Positions 1 through 11,820 of a DNA stretch of 64,000 bases are shown in pieces. Numbering within the stretch: the first letter of the stretch is position 1; every line of letters starts with the position of its first letter. Origin of the DNA: Heterodontus francisci (taxonomy: Eukaryota); the NCBI RefSeq assembly GCF_036365525.1, contig NC_090395.1:28288762-28352761 (forward strand), written 5' to 3'. A program made the translations under genes and the position numbers. The notes under the pieces were generated by a model. The model was not told where the DNA came from. It saw only the letters and a list, made by a program, of their open reading frames with translations, and made no database searches.

Positions 1-472
1 GCAATAATCCAACTCCCCCTCCCCCGCTACAGTAACAGCTGAAGATCAACAGCTTCTCATAGTGAATGTTCGCTGTTAACTATCTGAGTGCCAGGCCCTT
101 TTAGAAATACTTTGCATGTTTGGCATTCCCTAGGACTAGGACAAGCAATCAGAGGACGTGTGACTTCTTGTTGGGAAATCAAGTATATTTTTTGACACGT
201 CCGTTTGAGTGATGTACTGGATGCTGAGTAATAACACATCACCTTCCCTCCGTGACCAAAGATCACCGTGCCATTGCAGGTTATCCCAGTCTTAGCCACC
301 ATCGTGTCCCACATTTAAGATTCCTAGATTGGTACCCATGTGTTTATTTCCACCCTCCCACATTGCACATGTAGTTCTGCCCACTCCCCTACCAAGTTTC
401 TCGAGGAGGCCATTGGCAAAGCGGTGGGGGACATTCTCAATCATGTAAATGGTGAATAGCCTGGGAAGGAAA

Positions 473-552
473 GAAAAAGAGACTTGTATTTATTTAGTGT
501 CTTTCAAAGTGGTTCACAGTCAATGAAGTGCTTTTGAAGTATAGTGACTGTT
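473..552 (-). mobile_element. Deu-domain SINE / L2-type 3' tail fragment
   Basis: gacttgtatttatttagtg...caatgaagtgcttttgaagtatagtgactgtt matches the tail of the copies at 6905 and 41925. Confidence 0.6.
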
Positions 553-910
553 TAGTTTAGTTTTAGTTTAGTTTAGAGATACAGCACTGAAACAGGCCCT
601 TCGGCCCACCGAGTCTGTGCCGACCATCAACCACCCATTTATACTAATCCTACACTAATCCCATATTCCTACCACATCCCCACCTGTCCCTATATTTCCC
701 TACCACCTACCTGTACTAGTGGCAATTTATAATGGCCAATTTACCTACCAACCTGCAAGTCTTTTGGCTTGTGGGAGGAAACCAGAGCACCCGGAGAAAA
801 CCCATGCAGACACAGGGAGAACTTGCAAACTCCACACAGGCAGTACCTGGAATTGAACCCGGGTCACTGGAGCTGTGAGGCTGCGGTGCTAACCACTGCG
901 CCACTGTGCC
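553..910 (-). mobile_element. HE1-type V-SINE, full length
   Basis: The reverse strand has a tRNA-like head (ggcacagtggcgcagtggttagc), the V-domain (gtgtggagtttgcaagttctccc...ggtttcctcccac), a CR1-like tail and a (TAAAC)n end. Homologous to 24345-24680. Confidence 0.9.
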
Positions 911-1400
911 TGGTGCCTTGTCAACTTTAAGTGCAGACAGCCTATCCAATACTTCCTCCTTATCAATTTTAAACCTTTCAAGCATCTGAATTACCTCCCC
1001 TTTTGCCATGACCTTCACAGCATCTTCCTTGGTAAAGACAGATGCAAAGTATTCATTTAATACCTCAGCCATGCCCCCTGCCTCCATGCGTAAATCCCCT
1101 TTTTGATCCCTAACCAACCCCACTCCTCCTTTTACCACCTTTTTACTATTTATGTGCCTATAGAAGACTTTTGGATTCCCATTTATGTTAGTTTCCAGGC
1201 TCTTCTCATACTCTCTCTTTGCTTCTCTTATTTTCTTTTTTAATTCCCCTCTGAACTTTCTGTATTCAGCCTGGTTCCCCACTGTATTATCCACCTGACA
1301 TCTGTCATGAACACACTTTTTCTGCTTCATCTTGATCTCTATCTCTTTCATCATCCAGGGAGCTCTAGACTTGTTTGCCCTACCTTTCCCCTTTGTGGGA
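911..1400 (-). mobile_element. CR1 LINE ORF2 fragment (endonuclease-RT linker)
   Basis: ORF 716..1462 contains RAPWM...NPKVFYRHINSK...MAEVLNEYFASVFT...KVDKAPG, typical of CR1 ORF2. Confidence 0.9.
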
Positions 1401-1403
1401 ATA

Positions 1404-1660
1404 TTAGAGAGGAGTTGAGAATTATTTTCACCCAGAGGATGTTGGGGAGGTCTGGAACTCACTGCCTGAAAGGGTGGTAGAGGTAGAAACCCTCATCGCA
1501 TTTAAAAATCTCTTTGATATGCACTTGAGGTGCCATAACCTACAGGACTATGGACCAAAAGCTGGGAGGTGGGATTAGGCTGGATAGCTTTTCATTGGCC
1601 AGCATGGACACAATGGGCTGAATGGCCTTCTTCTGTGCCATAAATTTTCTACATTTCTAT
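1404..1660 (+). mobile_element. CR1 LINE 3' end
   Basis: ttcacccagagg...tggaactcactgcctgaaagggtggtagagg...atgggctgaatggcct...ttct tail. Confidence 0.85.
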
Positions 1661-1989
1661 AGGAAGTTGTAACAACTACTTCTCTTTCAGTAAATGTTAC
1701 CACATAAGTGGTTAAAAGTGGACATCGTTTCTGATACTTTGCAGCCAATTTGATGCCAGGCTGTGACCTCGCAGCCCAGATCTGAGCAAACATGAAGGGA
1801 CGAGTGGTTTTACTCCAATGTGTATCTGAAGTAAACACCTTGAATTCAGTGGTTTTTTGGCTACTTTCAACCGCAGCTGATGTACCCAGGCCGCAAACAC
1901 AACACTGCAGCCACAGAGAGCTGTCTTCTCAGTAGAGACCCTATTTTAGGGGCGGGTTCAACTCAAGTTGAATGTATCACATGACCTCC

Positions 1990-2300
1990 TGCCACTCACT
2001 GCCCCGCCCCCATACTCCTACAATTGGTTGGCTAGTATGTCCTGCCTCCCAGCACGCTGCCTTCCCATGGCCAATTGGAAAGCGAGAGGACTTTTCACCC
2101 AATTGGATGATTCTTGTCAGCCAAACAACGATTTCTTCCCCTCCTCTGCCCCCACCACCCATTTCCAATATCTTTATTCAAAGATTTTTTTGTTTTATTG
2201 CCTTATGATTTTTCTCCTGGGTTGTTCATAGAGGTGCCCTCCAGATTAATCTTCAATTCCTGGAGACTCCCAGGCCAATACTGGAGAGTTGGTAACCCTC
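1990..2300. mobile_element. MITE-like non-autonomous DNA element (AGGGTTGCCAAC-type terminus)
   Basis: Ends caattcctggagactcc...ggagagttggtaaccct. Internal ttggatgattcttg is shared with the copy at 55999-56888. Confidence 0.6.
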
Positions 2301-2561
2301 GCTAGCTCGCTCTGTGCCTCGGGCAGTTGATCACTTGACCCGAAAGGTGTGCCAATGCCAAGTTGTGAAGTTCCTGCAGAACAGGTACCTACGTATTGGA
2401 GTTGTGTGGCAACAGAGCAAGAAGTTACAGCATTGGACTTGCAACCTTAATACCATGTCAACAATTAATTCAATTTGCACAGTGCAAGTTGTCTAAATAA
2501 ATGGGTTCTAATAAGCATGGACAGGTTCAATACACACAGGTATGTTTCTGGAGAAAGGAGG

Positions 2562-2662
2562 TACAAAGAACAAAGATAATTACAGCACAGGAACAGGCGA
2601 AGGGCCCTCCAAGCCTGCGCCGATCCAGATCCTCTCTCTAAACATGTCGCCAATTTTCTAAA
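2562..2662 (-). mobile_element. CR1 3' tail fragment
   Basis: acaaagaacaaag...tacagcacaggaacaggc is the reverse-strand CR1 terminus. Confidence 0.65.
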
Positions 2663-3074
2663 GTTTGAGAGATGTAATGAGAAGGCAAAAAATTGGGAAA
2701 CAAAGCAGGTGGTTTTATTGGACCTTAATCACCCCTCAAATTGTGGTCATTGACTGTGGCTCCTGAGTGTTCTACCATTAAGGGCCTAGATATATGTGTT
2801 AGATGAGAGACGAGAAAATGGAAACATCTCACATTTGGAATGTTTTGACTGTGGATCTAGTGAAGGGGGCTGACCTGAGCCTTGTGCACGCACAGGAGCA
2901 TGGGCCCAGAACTTGTACCAGAACTGGTCAGCTTAGGATTGAAGCACAGCAACCTCAGGTATTCTGAGAGGGTGCTTGCACAAAATTGGTTTCATTTCAA
3001 AACCCTTGATCCGCCCGCCATTGGGTTTAACGGCACACGTGGAACAGAACTGCAGAAGAAAATAGTCTTGTTAC

Positions 3075-3410
3075 CTTGATGGTTCAGTGGGTGATGCACT
3101 GCTCAATGTGGGACTGAGCCAAAAAGACTAAGAAGGCCCCAGGCTCAATCTCTGGCCTGTTCTGCATTAGCCACCCTTGGCTAGTGTGGACATAGGGATG
3201 GTACAATCAGCCTTGATGCCCTTGGGAGTGGGGGGAAAACAAACAGCCATCAAAAAGCAGGGGACAGTGCCTCCTGGAAAGTGATTATGTATGGACATGT
3301 GTTAAGGACAAGATTAGATTTAGCTTTGCAATGCCCTCAGTAGTCAAGCAGGCTGCTTGCATTCACATTTCAGTCTTACGCAAGGAGAAGAGCCAGTTGG
3401 GTCACCAGTG
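3075..3410 (+). mobile_element. Old tRNA-headed SINE (family not named)
   Basis: Head ggttcagtggg...ggactgagcc...aaggccccaggctcaatctctggcctg, with body similarity to 4810-5135, 35290-35520 and 55740-55990. Confidence 0.55.
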
Positions 3411-4809
3411 TCAATGGAACTGGACCCCAATATCAGGCGGCCCCTTTTGGAGAGAAGGGGAAGGTGTTGGGATAAGCTGATGGAGCTCTCTGTGCTGAGT
3501 GGGGAAGGAAAGCCAAGCCTGGGCCCAGGACTCAGAGGGTTAATGTGCTGGTCCAGCTGGCACACGTTGAATCATTTGTCTCCCATGTACAGCTGCAATC
3601 CCCTCACATACAGGCTGCGATCCTATTCACTTATGTCATTCGAAAATTAATTAATTTATTTTTAATACGGGCCACAGAACACGACCTGACAGAAGAAGTA
3701 CCTGTAGTGGGCTATCTTGCTTTATCTGCCCTTCCTGTCAGTGCTCGATTTGGTGTTTTTGGTGTCTTTTTGTTGCAAGGCCAGGATAATAGATTTAAAA
3801 TGCCATAATCACAGTTATCTCTCTCTTTTTCACTTCCCTCAAAATTAACTTGACTAGAATGCAGCCAGACCGGTTTAACATTTCCTTTCTCAGCCTGCTC
3901 TTGGGCATTGGGCCAAGCTTCGAGTAGTTAACCAACAAAATCAGCCCTGAGGCTGGAGCTGAGGCAATTACACACAGTGCAATGATTAATGGAGTCGAGG
4001 TTTCGAGTTTCGTTGTTTAAAAACCCTGATCCTCAGTGAAGCTGTAGCTGCATTATGTTTGGTGCTTTTTTTTTGTTTTTGAGTTTAAAAGTTTTGTTAT
4101 TGTTTGTAAATAATTCTGTAGCAGGAGGTGTCCTGGACCTCTTCTGCCAGCAGATGCCTTTGAATCCAAGAGTGTGGTGAGATTTGCATAAGGTTTTCTT
4201 TGCCTCCTGGTGTAGGCCCAACTGAGCTTAATAGACCTTCTAACACCATCTCTCAAGTTGACATCTTTGTTTGTCAACATACGTACAATTACCTCATTGC
4301 ACAATCTGCTGGTATCTTTTATAACAACACTGAGTTAATGGGCAGGTTGCGAAAACCCAAGGGCTGTCAGCTGTCCCAGAAGCCTCAGCAAACTTGGCAA
4401 CACCTCACAACCTTTTACCCTTGTAAAACTGCCCTGAGGTTGGCAGCTCTGTAGCTGTTTGCTCAGATGGCCTGAATCCTCGCACTTGTAATTATTTATC
4501 TGTGTAAGGAAGCTGGTCATGACTCATGAGTCCTTGCCCATCTCTTGATAACAGCTCGTAATGTCTCCTGTATAACAGAGGTGAGACTTGGCATCATTGT
4601 TACAGCCATAGAAACTGCACCAAATACAGTTGACTTTAGGCAGCAACCTTTTTTTTCACAAGAACGTCAAACGGAAACATGTGGAATGCTCTTTGTTGAA
4701 TGCATTGTTCGTCCACTATAGCCTTGAAATGGCCATGGCTACCCAAACCAAAGGTGTGTGATGATGATAAGTTTTGAGTGTATGATTCAAAAATATAGAG
4801 TTCCCCACG

Positions 4810-5135
4810 GTGACCCAGTAGACACCAGATGGTGTAGGACTAAAGGTGCAGAGAGCAGTTCTGGTTCTGTCCCCAGCCTGTGCTTAGTTGGTTGATCCCT
4901 GTCAGAGCATTGTGATGGACACTGCAGTTCACCTCAGCACCCAGACATATAAGAAGCCAGGGTTCTTGCTCCAGATCACTATCCAATGGCCATTGGGGGT
5001 GAGAAGGGGATGGGACAAAACTGTGATGCACCACGTAGTCAAATAGCCTGCCAACATGCACTGTGAAAGTTCACGTTTGGAGAATGGGCAGCTTGGTGAG
5101 GTGCTAAAGGACTGTTGGCACCCACAGAACCCCAA
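4810..5135 (+). mobile_element. Old tRNA-headed SINE, same family as 3075-3410
   Basis: Shared blocks ggttct.tcccc.gcctgtgct.agtt and gtagtcaa.tagcctgc. Confidence 0.5.
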
Positions 5136-5794
5136 CTAGAGTTGGCACTTGCGGGAAAGAGGCGAGAGAGTGGGGGGGGAAGAGATCATCAATGGAGTCA
5201 AATGGTGTCATTCGTGAGGTGCAAATACAGCTTGCAACGGGCATATTCTCCCTTCAACAGCAGGGAGAGGACTTCTTGGGACAACTGTACAAACTTAAAT
5301 TATTACTAACACAGGACTGTAGAGCCAGTAACAAGCTCCTCCCTCCCATCCCCACCTCCCCTATTTTACATACAGAAAGGTTTTCCTGTCTCTGTTAATC
5401 TGCCGCTGAGGGGCTGGGTGTCTCCTTGAACATGGTTACTGTGTTCGACTGAGCTAGCGCAGCAGTGCTGCTTCACACCAGCCTACAGAGCTAGGCCAGG
5501 AGGGAAAGGATGAGAGGGATTGTCAGAGACTTTAAACACTTTTACTGTGGAACAGTGCCAGGGCACAGATCAGCTTTGAAGCTGGGCCGATGTCCTTATA
5601 AAGAAATCCTCACAATAAAACCCTTATGTTTTGCTTTCCCCCCCCCACAATCTGGAGCAAATAGATAATGCATCTGAAGTAATATTTTAGTAATTAAAAG
5701 TAGAGTACTCCCAATTTCTTTTTAAGGAAGAATTTCAATCACCTTCATCTTTCAAACTACCAGAATCAATTGGATGTAGTATATACAAGAGGGA

Positions 5795-5813
5795 CACTGC
5801 CTTCTAGTGGCCA
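5795..5813 (-). promoter_or_regulatory. Candidate CTCF motif
   Basis: The reverse strand reads TGGCCACTAGAAGGCAGTG. Motif match only. Confidence 0.35.
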
Positions 5814-5914
5814 ACAGGGGAATCTTACTGCATTTCCAACCAGATCTGTTTTCTCGATCCCATGCATCTTTGAAACCTTTTTTGTTGGTTTCGCTGGCAC
5901 AATTATTTTCGTTG

Positions 5915-6310
5915 TATTCATTCCTGGAATGTGGGCATTGCTGGCAAGGCTGGCATTTATTGTCTGACCCCTGTTTGCCCTTGAGAAAGTGGTGGTGGGT
6001 TGCCTTCTTGAACTGCTGCAGTGTAGCAGTTTGATGCAACTGAGCGGCTTGCTTGCTATGACACTTCAGAGGGCAGTTAAGAGTCACATCAGTGTGAGAC
6101 TGGAGTCACGTATAGGCCTGACCAGGTAAGGACAGCAGGTTTCCTTCCCTAATAAACGTTATTGAACTAAGTGGGTTTTTACAACCACCCACTAGCTTCA
6201 TGGTCACTTTTACTTTTTTAAAACTGAATTCAAATTCTCAAACTCAATGGTGGGATTTGAACTCCTGTTCTCTGGATTACCAGTCCAGTTACATAACCAC
6301 TCCACTACCC
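5915..6310 (-). mobile_element. tRNA-derived SINE (Meta-domain-like) with RTE-type LINE tail
   Basis: Contains tcagagggcagttaagagtca...ctggagtcac.tataggcc.gaccaggtaagg...ttccttcccta. Homologous to 38628-39020 and 63465-63850. Confidence 0.8.
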
Positions 6311-6904
6311 AGCCTCAAATATGATGCAGGCCTGGGCTGGGCCTATGGCCAACACAGCCTCATTTGAGCAGAGTTTCTGGGAGCAAGTTACTGTTGGTAG
6401 TTCCAGGAACTCCCCCTCGCTGTGAGAACAAACCTTGTTAAACTCCGTCGAGCAGTCTCCCAGAATGAGGAAGATCTATCAGCCACAATGCCATCTGAAA
6501 TATAATTACACCCGCCGACTGCCTGGCTGTTGTGTGTTCTGATAGTGTGGATCATGAACCAAATAGACCCTCTCTCTTTTTTTTTTTGGGTGGAGGGATT
6601 GATGTTGGGTAGGTGATTTTGTTTTGAGCTGGGCCGTATCCTACTTGACCCCCCCCACCCCCACCTGGGGCTCCAGGTTGCCCCAGTGTCTCTATATGCA
6701 ATTATCCCTCTGCGTGACGGGGTGTTTGTGAAATACTAAACCACATTGACTAAACCTCTGCAGGCAGGGCTCGTATATTTCCACAATACCACATGAGTCA
6801 TTCAAATGGGGTTAGGATTGAGGCAAAGCATCTTCCAAATGAGGGAAACTGTGGCGTCTGCTGCTGTAAATCCTCACACCAAGTGTCAGCTCCTTTCAAG
6901 AAAG

Positions 6905-7320
6905 AAACAACAATCTTGCATTTATCTAGCAGCTTTCACGACCTCAGGACGTCTCAAAGTGCTTCAAAGCCAATGAAGTACTATTGAAGTGTAGTCACTG
7001 TTGTAATGTAGGAAACACAGCAGCCAATTTGCGCACAGCAAGCTCCCACAAACAGCAATGACCAATTTGTTTGTAATGATGGTTGAGGGATAAATGTTAG
7101 CCAGAACCACCCACACCTGCTCTTCTGTGTAATAGTGCTCTGGGATCTTGTGCATCCACCTGAGAGGGTAGACATCTCATCTGAAAGACAGCACCTCTGA
7201 GAGTGCAGCACTCCCTCAGTGCTGCACTGGAGTGCCAGCTTGGATTTTGTGCAGAAGTCTCTGGAGTGTGAGATTTGAATCCACAACCTTCTGGCAATAG
7301 TGAACCCCACACACTAACAC
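6905..7320 (-). mobile_element. Deu-domain SINE (SacSINE1-like)
   Basis: Contains gcagcactccctcagtgctgcactggagtg and catccacctgagaggg, with a cttgcatttat tail and a tRNA-like head at about 7260-7320. Confidence 0.85.
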
Positions 7321-7489
7321 AGATATTTGTTTGATTAATGGATCGAATGTGCTGCAAGGTTTGTTGCCCTTTTAAAGTTTTAGTTAGCGTCTTCCACAGG
7401 TACTATTGTTGGGTGCTGCTCCATCAGACCCGCCTTTCCCTTGAGATGGCTCCCATTTATCATTAGGGAAACCAACCTGCCATGTTTAA

Positions 7490-7720
7490 TAGGAACTGAA
7501 GTAGTCCAATCAACCCTTTGAGCCTGTTTGCCATCAATCAGATCGTGTCTGATCTTGTACCTCAATCCAATTAAACTGTCTTTGCTCCATATGCCTTGAT
7601 ACCCTTTCCAACAAAAATCTGGCACTCTCCGTCTTGAAATTTCTAATTGTCTTCCAGAATCCATAGCCTTTCGGGGGAAGACTCCAACATTTCTACTACC
7701 TCATGAAAAGGTACTTCTTG
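7490..7720 (-). mobile_element. Degenerate CR1 3' fragment
   Basis: gagcctgtt.gccat.aat.agatc.tg.ctgatct...ccatatgccttgataccc. Confidence 0.6.
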
Positions 7721-7724
7721 ATTT

Positions 7725-7972
7725 GAACAAGAAAACTTGCATTTATATAACGCCGTTAATGTGGTAAAACATCCCAAGGTGCTTCACAGGAGCGTTAGCA
7801 AACAAAAGTTGGCACTGAGCCACATGAGATATTCGGGTAGATGACCAAATGCTTGGTCACAGATGAAGGTTTTAAGGAGTGTCTTAAAGGAGGAATGAGA
7901 GGCGAAATGGTTTAGGAAGTGAATTCCATAGCCGTGGAGGGATTTGAAAGCAGGGATGAGAATTTTAAAATT
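7725..7972 (-). mobile_element. L2-clade LINE 3' end
   Basis: aacttgcatttatataacgcc...cccaaggtgcttcacagg...atgaccaaa.gcttggtca, homologous to 61950-62300. Confidence 0.75.
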
Positions 7973-9414
7973 TTGCACCTCAACAGCTTGGGTTCCAATT
8001 CTCGGATTGATCCAGAGATTGAGTTGGTTCAGCACCATCTCTGAGATTCCAAAACTTTTGTGTCATATTCCCAGTGCCAATCAGCTCTGACAATGATCTG
8101 CACTTAGAGTTCACGCACACCGTTTTTAATCATTTCCTCAATCTCCAGGATCTCTTTTCAATGACACTTTTCTCTTCCTCTCTTTTTGCATTGCAATGTT
8201 CCTTCTGTATATTTAAACTGAAAACAGGTGATTAGAACAGACAATTTTTCTCTAGTTGGTTTTAATCTACAATCTCTTTTGTTTCATGCAGTTGAGGCAA
8301 TTAGAGATGCCTTTCTCACAGAAAAAAAATTACATTCTAGTTGAACAAAAACTGCTGTGTAAGAGATTAAAGTTTCCAGTCTTTTGTTTTTGCAAACTCT
8401 ACAGTACAGCCAGATCGAAAACAGCTGCTCTTCACCTAGGGATAAATTTGAATGGCCAACATGGCGACCAAATGATTTATATTAAAAAGAAATGTAGTCT
8501 TGAACCTATTATGGTGGATACCTGTTGGCTATCCTCCTGAGTTGGGCACTTATGTACTAATAAATTACACGCTCTTAAAGCCGCTGGACATCTTAATGGT
8601 GGGAATCTATTGATACAAGTTTCATACTGATTCCAAACTGAAACCCATTCTGTTGGAATGAATAAAGTTCACGTGAGGGAAGCTCAGAGCATCTCAGATC
8701 ATACCAACACCTTCAATTCTGATGGAGACTTGCTGCACGATTTGCTTCAGAGTGTGACCAATTTGTGATGAGGCAGGGCAGAGGGCAGAGGTCAAAGTGC
8801 GATTTGATTCCAAACTGATGTGGTTCGTATGAAGCCAGGCTTTGTTACGTTTGTGCACTGATTGTTTTGTATCCGTGGCGAAATGGAAACTTGGAACTGA
8901 GACGAGTTTTTTTTTTCTCTCGCCGCTGAGCTGTGAAGGAAGACAATGATCATAATTTTTGTTTTTTCCTTCATTGGCTTGCCACACTTTGATGGGAAGC
9001 ACTGTGTTGATTGCCTACAGCTTGCACTTGGATAGCACCGAGTCAAAGTATACCTGTAAAAAGGGGGTGTAAATGAGTGGCATTGGCAAGAAGAATTTTA
9101 GTGAGCTATCTGACCACCATCTTGGCTGGAAAAAGAAATCCACAGAGACAACTGCCGCTGACTGGTGAGAGAAAGGGGCACCAGACAGGTTAAACATCTG
9201 AAAGAACCAGTTGGTCCAGTGCCAGTTGTTCTTGCAGTTGCAATATTATCTTTTGTGGATATGAGGACAGGAGCATAAGATAACTTGCAACATGAAATGG
9301 ATTTCCTTACTGTGAGGAGCTCTGCTAGGGTGTTAATGGGCAGGATGTGGGCAGTGCCAGGTATTGAGGGTCACGAGATATCACAGAGATAACACCGATC
9401 CAAACTTTTCCTGT

Positions 9415-9850
9415 ATCCTAACTCGCACCAAGTCCTGCTTGCCCATCACTGCCGTTTCTCACTGGCCTACAATGGCTCCCAATTAAGCAATTCCTCGATT
9501 TAAAAATTCTTATGCTTTGTTTTCAAATCCCTTGATGAACTCACCCCCTCCCTCCTCCCTATCTCTGTAACCTCCTCCAGCTCTACAGCACTCCGAGATC
9601 TCTGCATTCCTCCAATTCTGGCCTCTTGCACATTCCCGATTTCAGTCACCCCACATTGGTGGCTGTTTCTTCAGCTGCCCGGGCCCTAAACGCTTGAATT
9701 CTCTCCCTAAATTGCTCCACCTCGCTCTTTCCTTTGTTACACTGCTAAACCTACCCTTTTGACCGAGCTTTCTGACCAAACGCAGTGTCAAATTTTGTAT
9801 GATAACAGTCCTGTGAAATAAAGCTACATTAAAATTGCAATATAATTGGA
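9415..9850 (+). mobile_element. L2-clade LINE 3' fragment
   Basis: cccatcac...ggctccc...ttcaaatccct...ctccaattctggcctctt is the reverse complement of the L2 at 62100-62400. Confidence 0.75.
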
Positions 9851-11509
9851 AGTTAGTGTTGTTGGTCTTATTTAACAGGGCACTGTTACTGTTCTGGGAA
9901 TTAAACCAGCCTGACTTTGGTTGCAATGGGATTGCCTGCACCTGACTGAGCAGCCTTCCAGCACTGTGCCTGTGTGTGGTGAGGACAAGCCTGGATCTTT
10001 CGATCCTGATGATACCCCTTTAGAGGGAGTAAAATGCTTCACAGCACCACCTCAGAGGCAGATATATTTGAAGCGTTGGAATTGGTTGTGAGCTGGACTT
10101 GCTGAACCGTCCGAACTGCAGTGTGAAATTCATTTGCCCTCACAAGTTGTCTCGGGGTTTGCTTAACAGCTCTGCAGTTACTGAAAATTTAATGGTGCTT
10201 TCATTTGTCTTTTTAAAATCTCTTTAAACTCTTGTCACTGTTTTCCTCCTCCTCCAAAACCAGATATACTCCAGAGAGCATAGTTTCAGCCTGGCTTAAG
10301 TTATCACTCTGCCCCTGCACCCTAAGACTCAACACACCATAGGTATTTTTTGCTGCTGTTTATAAATCTCTGAATCTGTTTGCAGCTGCTCAGGGTTTGA
10401 GCAGGCTCGACCCCATCAAGTAGAACTCATTACTGGCCTCTAGTGGTGGCTTCCTTGGCCTGCATGTTTTGAATGTACTTCAAATGCCATCAAAAGCCAA
10501 TGTTAATTTTAAAGGTGGAAAGTGGGTGGGCGATGGGTACGGAAGATTCAGATTTGAAAGATAATATTTAGACTCTGAGCTGATTCCCAAACCCTGTTTC
10601 CAAAAGCGAGCTGCTTGTGCTAAGAAAGCACACACAGTACACAGTGAGTCACTACAGGACGTAGCTGGACCCTGTCGCAGGATCGGAAAGAAATGGTGTG
10701 AGATGATTCTGGAGAGCAGAAGAGAATCAGACTCCCAAACTGATACCTGAAGGCTGTGTGCTCTAATGAATGAGTTTACAGTTTGTCGGCCTTTTTAAAC
10801 ATTGGCTCTTCTATTTATTGGAGTTGAATAAAGTGAATGGTCTCCTCCGGTTCCTGTGTTCATCACAGACCAAGGGTTGAACCGAGGGCCATCAGGGTCT
10901 GTAGGGCTGAGTTCCACACTGATGAATGTATTTACCCATTGAGCTAATGGGGGAAGGTACCCCCTTGTACGAGCCTAATCTTATTCATGCTCAGTGTCCA
11001 CATGCATGCGGTTCCAGCAGGATCCTGGAACTGTTGCCAGGATGGAAACCTTGGTAATATCTGCCTCCTTAATACAGGGATGGGGAGACTGACTGCATTG
11101 AAATTTGCACCGACCAGAGATCGAACCTGGGACATTCCTGGTCTGTTTGCTCAAGTACTCAAATGAGTTCTTAGTGAATGCTCCTGAGTAATGCCTCTTT
11201 GAGGGGCTTCATGCCCTTCAGTTGTGTTCCCAGATAGACATCTTGAAGACATTGCTCTGTTAGTTGGCATATTTTAAGGGGCACGAGGCTGGAATCATTC
11301 ACATTAAACGTGACGATTGTAGAGGTGGCTGATGTGTAATTCCTATTAAGCCAGCAGCTGAAAGACTTCAGTTCCAAGTGCATACCTTTTGACAGAAGTA
11401 TTCACAATTGTTGCTGCTTAATATAGCCAATTGACAGGAGGTTTATCAAAGTAATCCCTTAATTTATGGCCTGATGGAGTTTGCAATAAATAGGTTAAAA
11501 TGCCATTTT

Positions 11510-11820
11510 AAAATCTAGGCTGACACTCCAATGCAGCACTGAGGGTGTACTGCACATCAGAGGTGCAATCTTTCAAATGAGATGTTAAACCAAAGGCCTA
11601 TGCATGTTCAGGTGGACTTAAAAGAGCCCATAGTACTATTTTGAATATGAGCAGGGGAGTTCCCTCTCGTGTTTAATAAATAATTATCCCTTAACCAACG
11701 TCACCGAAACAGAATATCTGTGGGAGCTTGCTGTATGCAAATTAGCTGCCATGTTTCCTACTTCAAAAATATTTAGTTGTGATGTGTTCAGAGGTTGTGA
11801 AAGGCACAAATGCAAGTGCT
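11510..11820 (+). mobile_element. Deu-domain SINE, 5'-truncated
   Basis: aaatctaggctgacactcca...gagatgttaaacc...gtgggagcttgctgt...aaatgcaagt. Confidence 0.8.

Noticed and set aside
716-1462. 248-aa ORF as a host gene
   Set aside because: It is a chimera of CR1 ORF2 and read-through into a V-SINE, with its start in antisense CR1 sequence.
4122-4176. Exon-like segment (ttctgtag...GTG|gtgaga)
   Set aside because: It is 55 nt, would shift the TEAD frame, and has no similarity to TEAD in any frame. A poison exon cannot be excluded, but there is no support without RNA data.
6361-6424. gagcagagtttc resembling the TEAD IEQSFQE exon
   Set aside because: The flanks (FEQSFWEQVTVG...stop) lack the DAEGVWSPD and ALAIYPPCGRRK motifs. 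The first TEA exon is not in the window.
10431-10450. CTCF-like motif (reverse strand CCACTAGAGGCCAGTA)
   Set aside because: It has a mismatch at a highly conserved core G.
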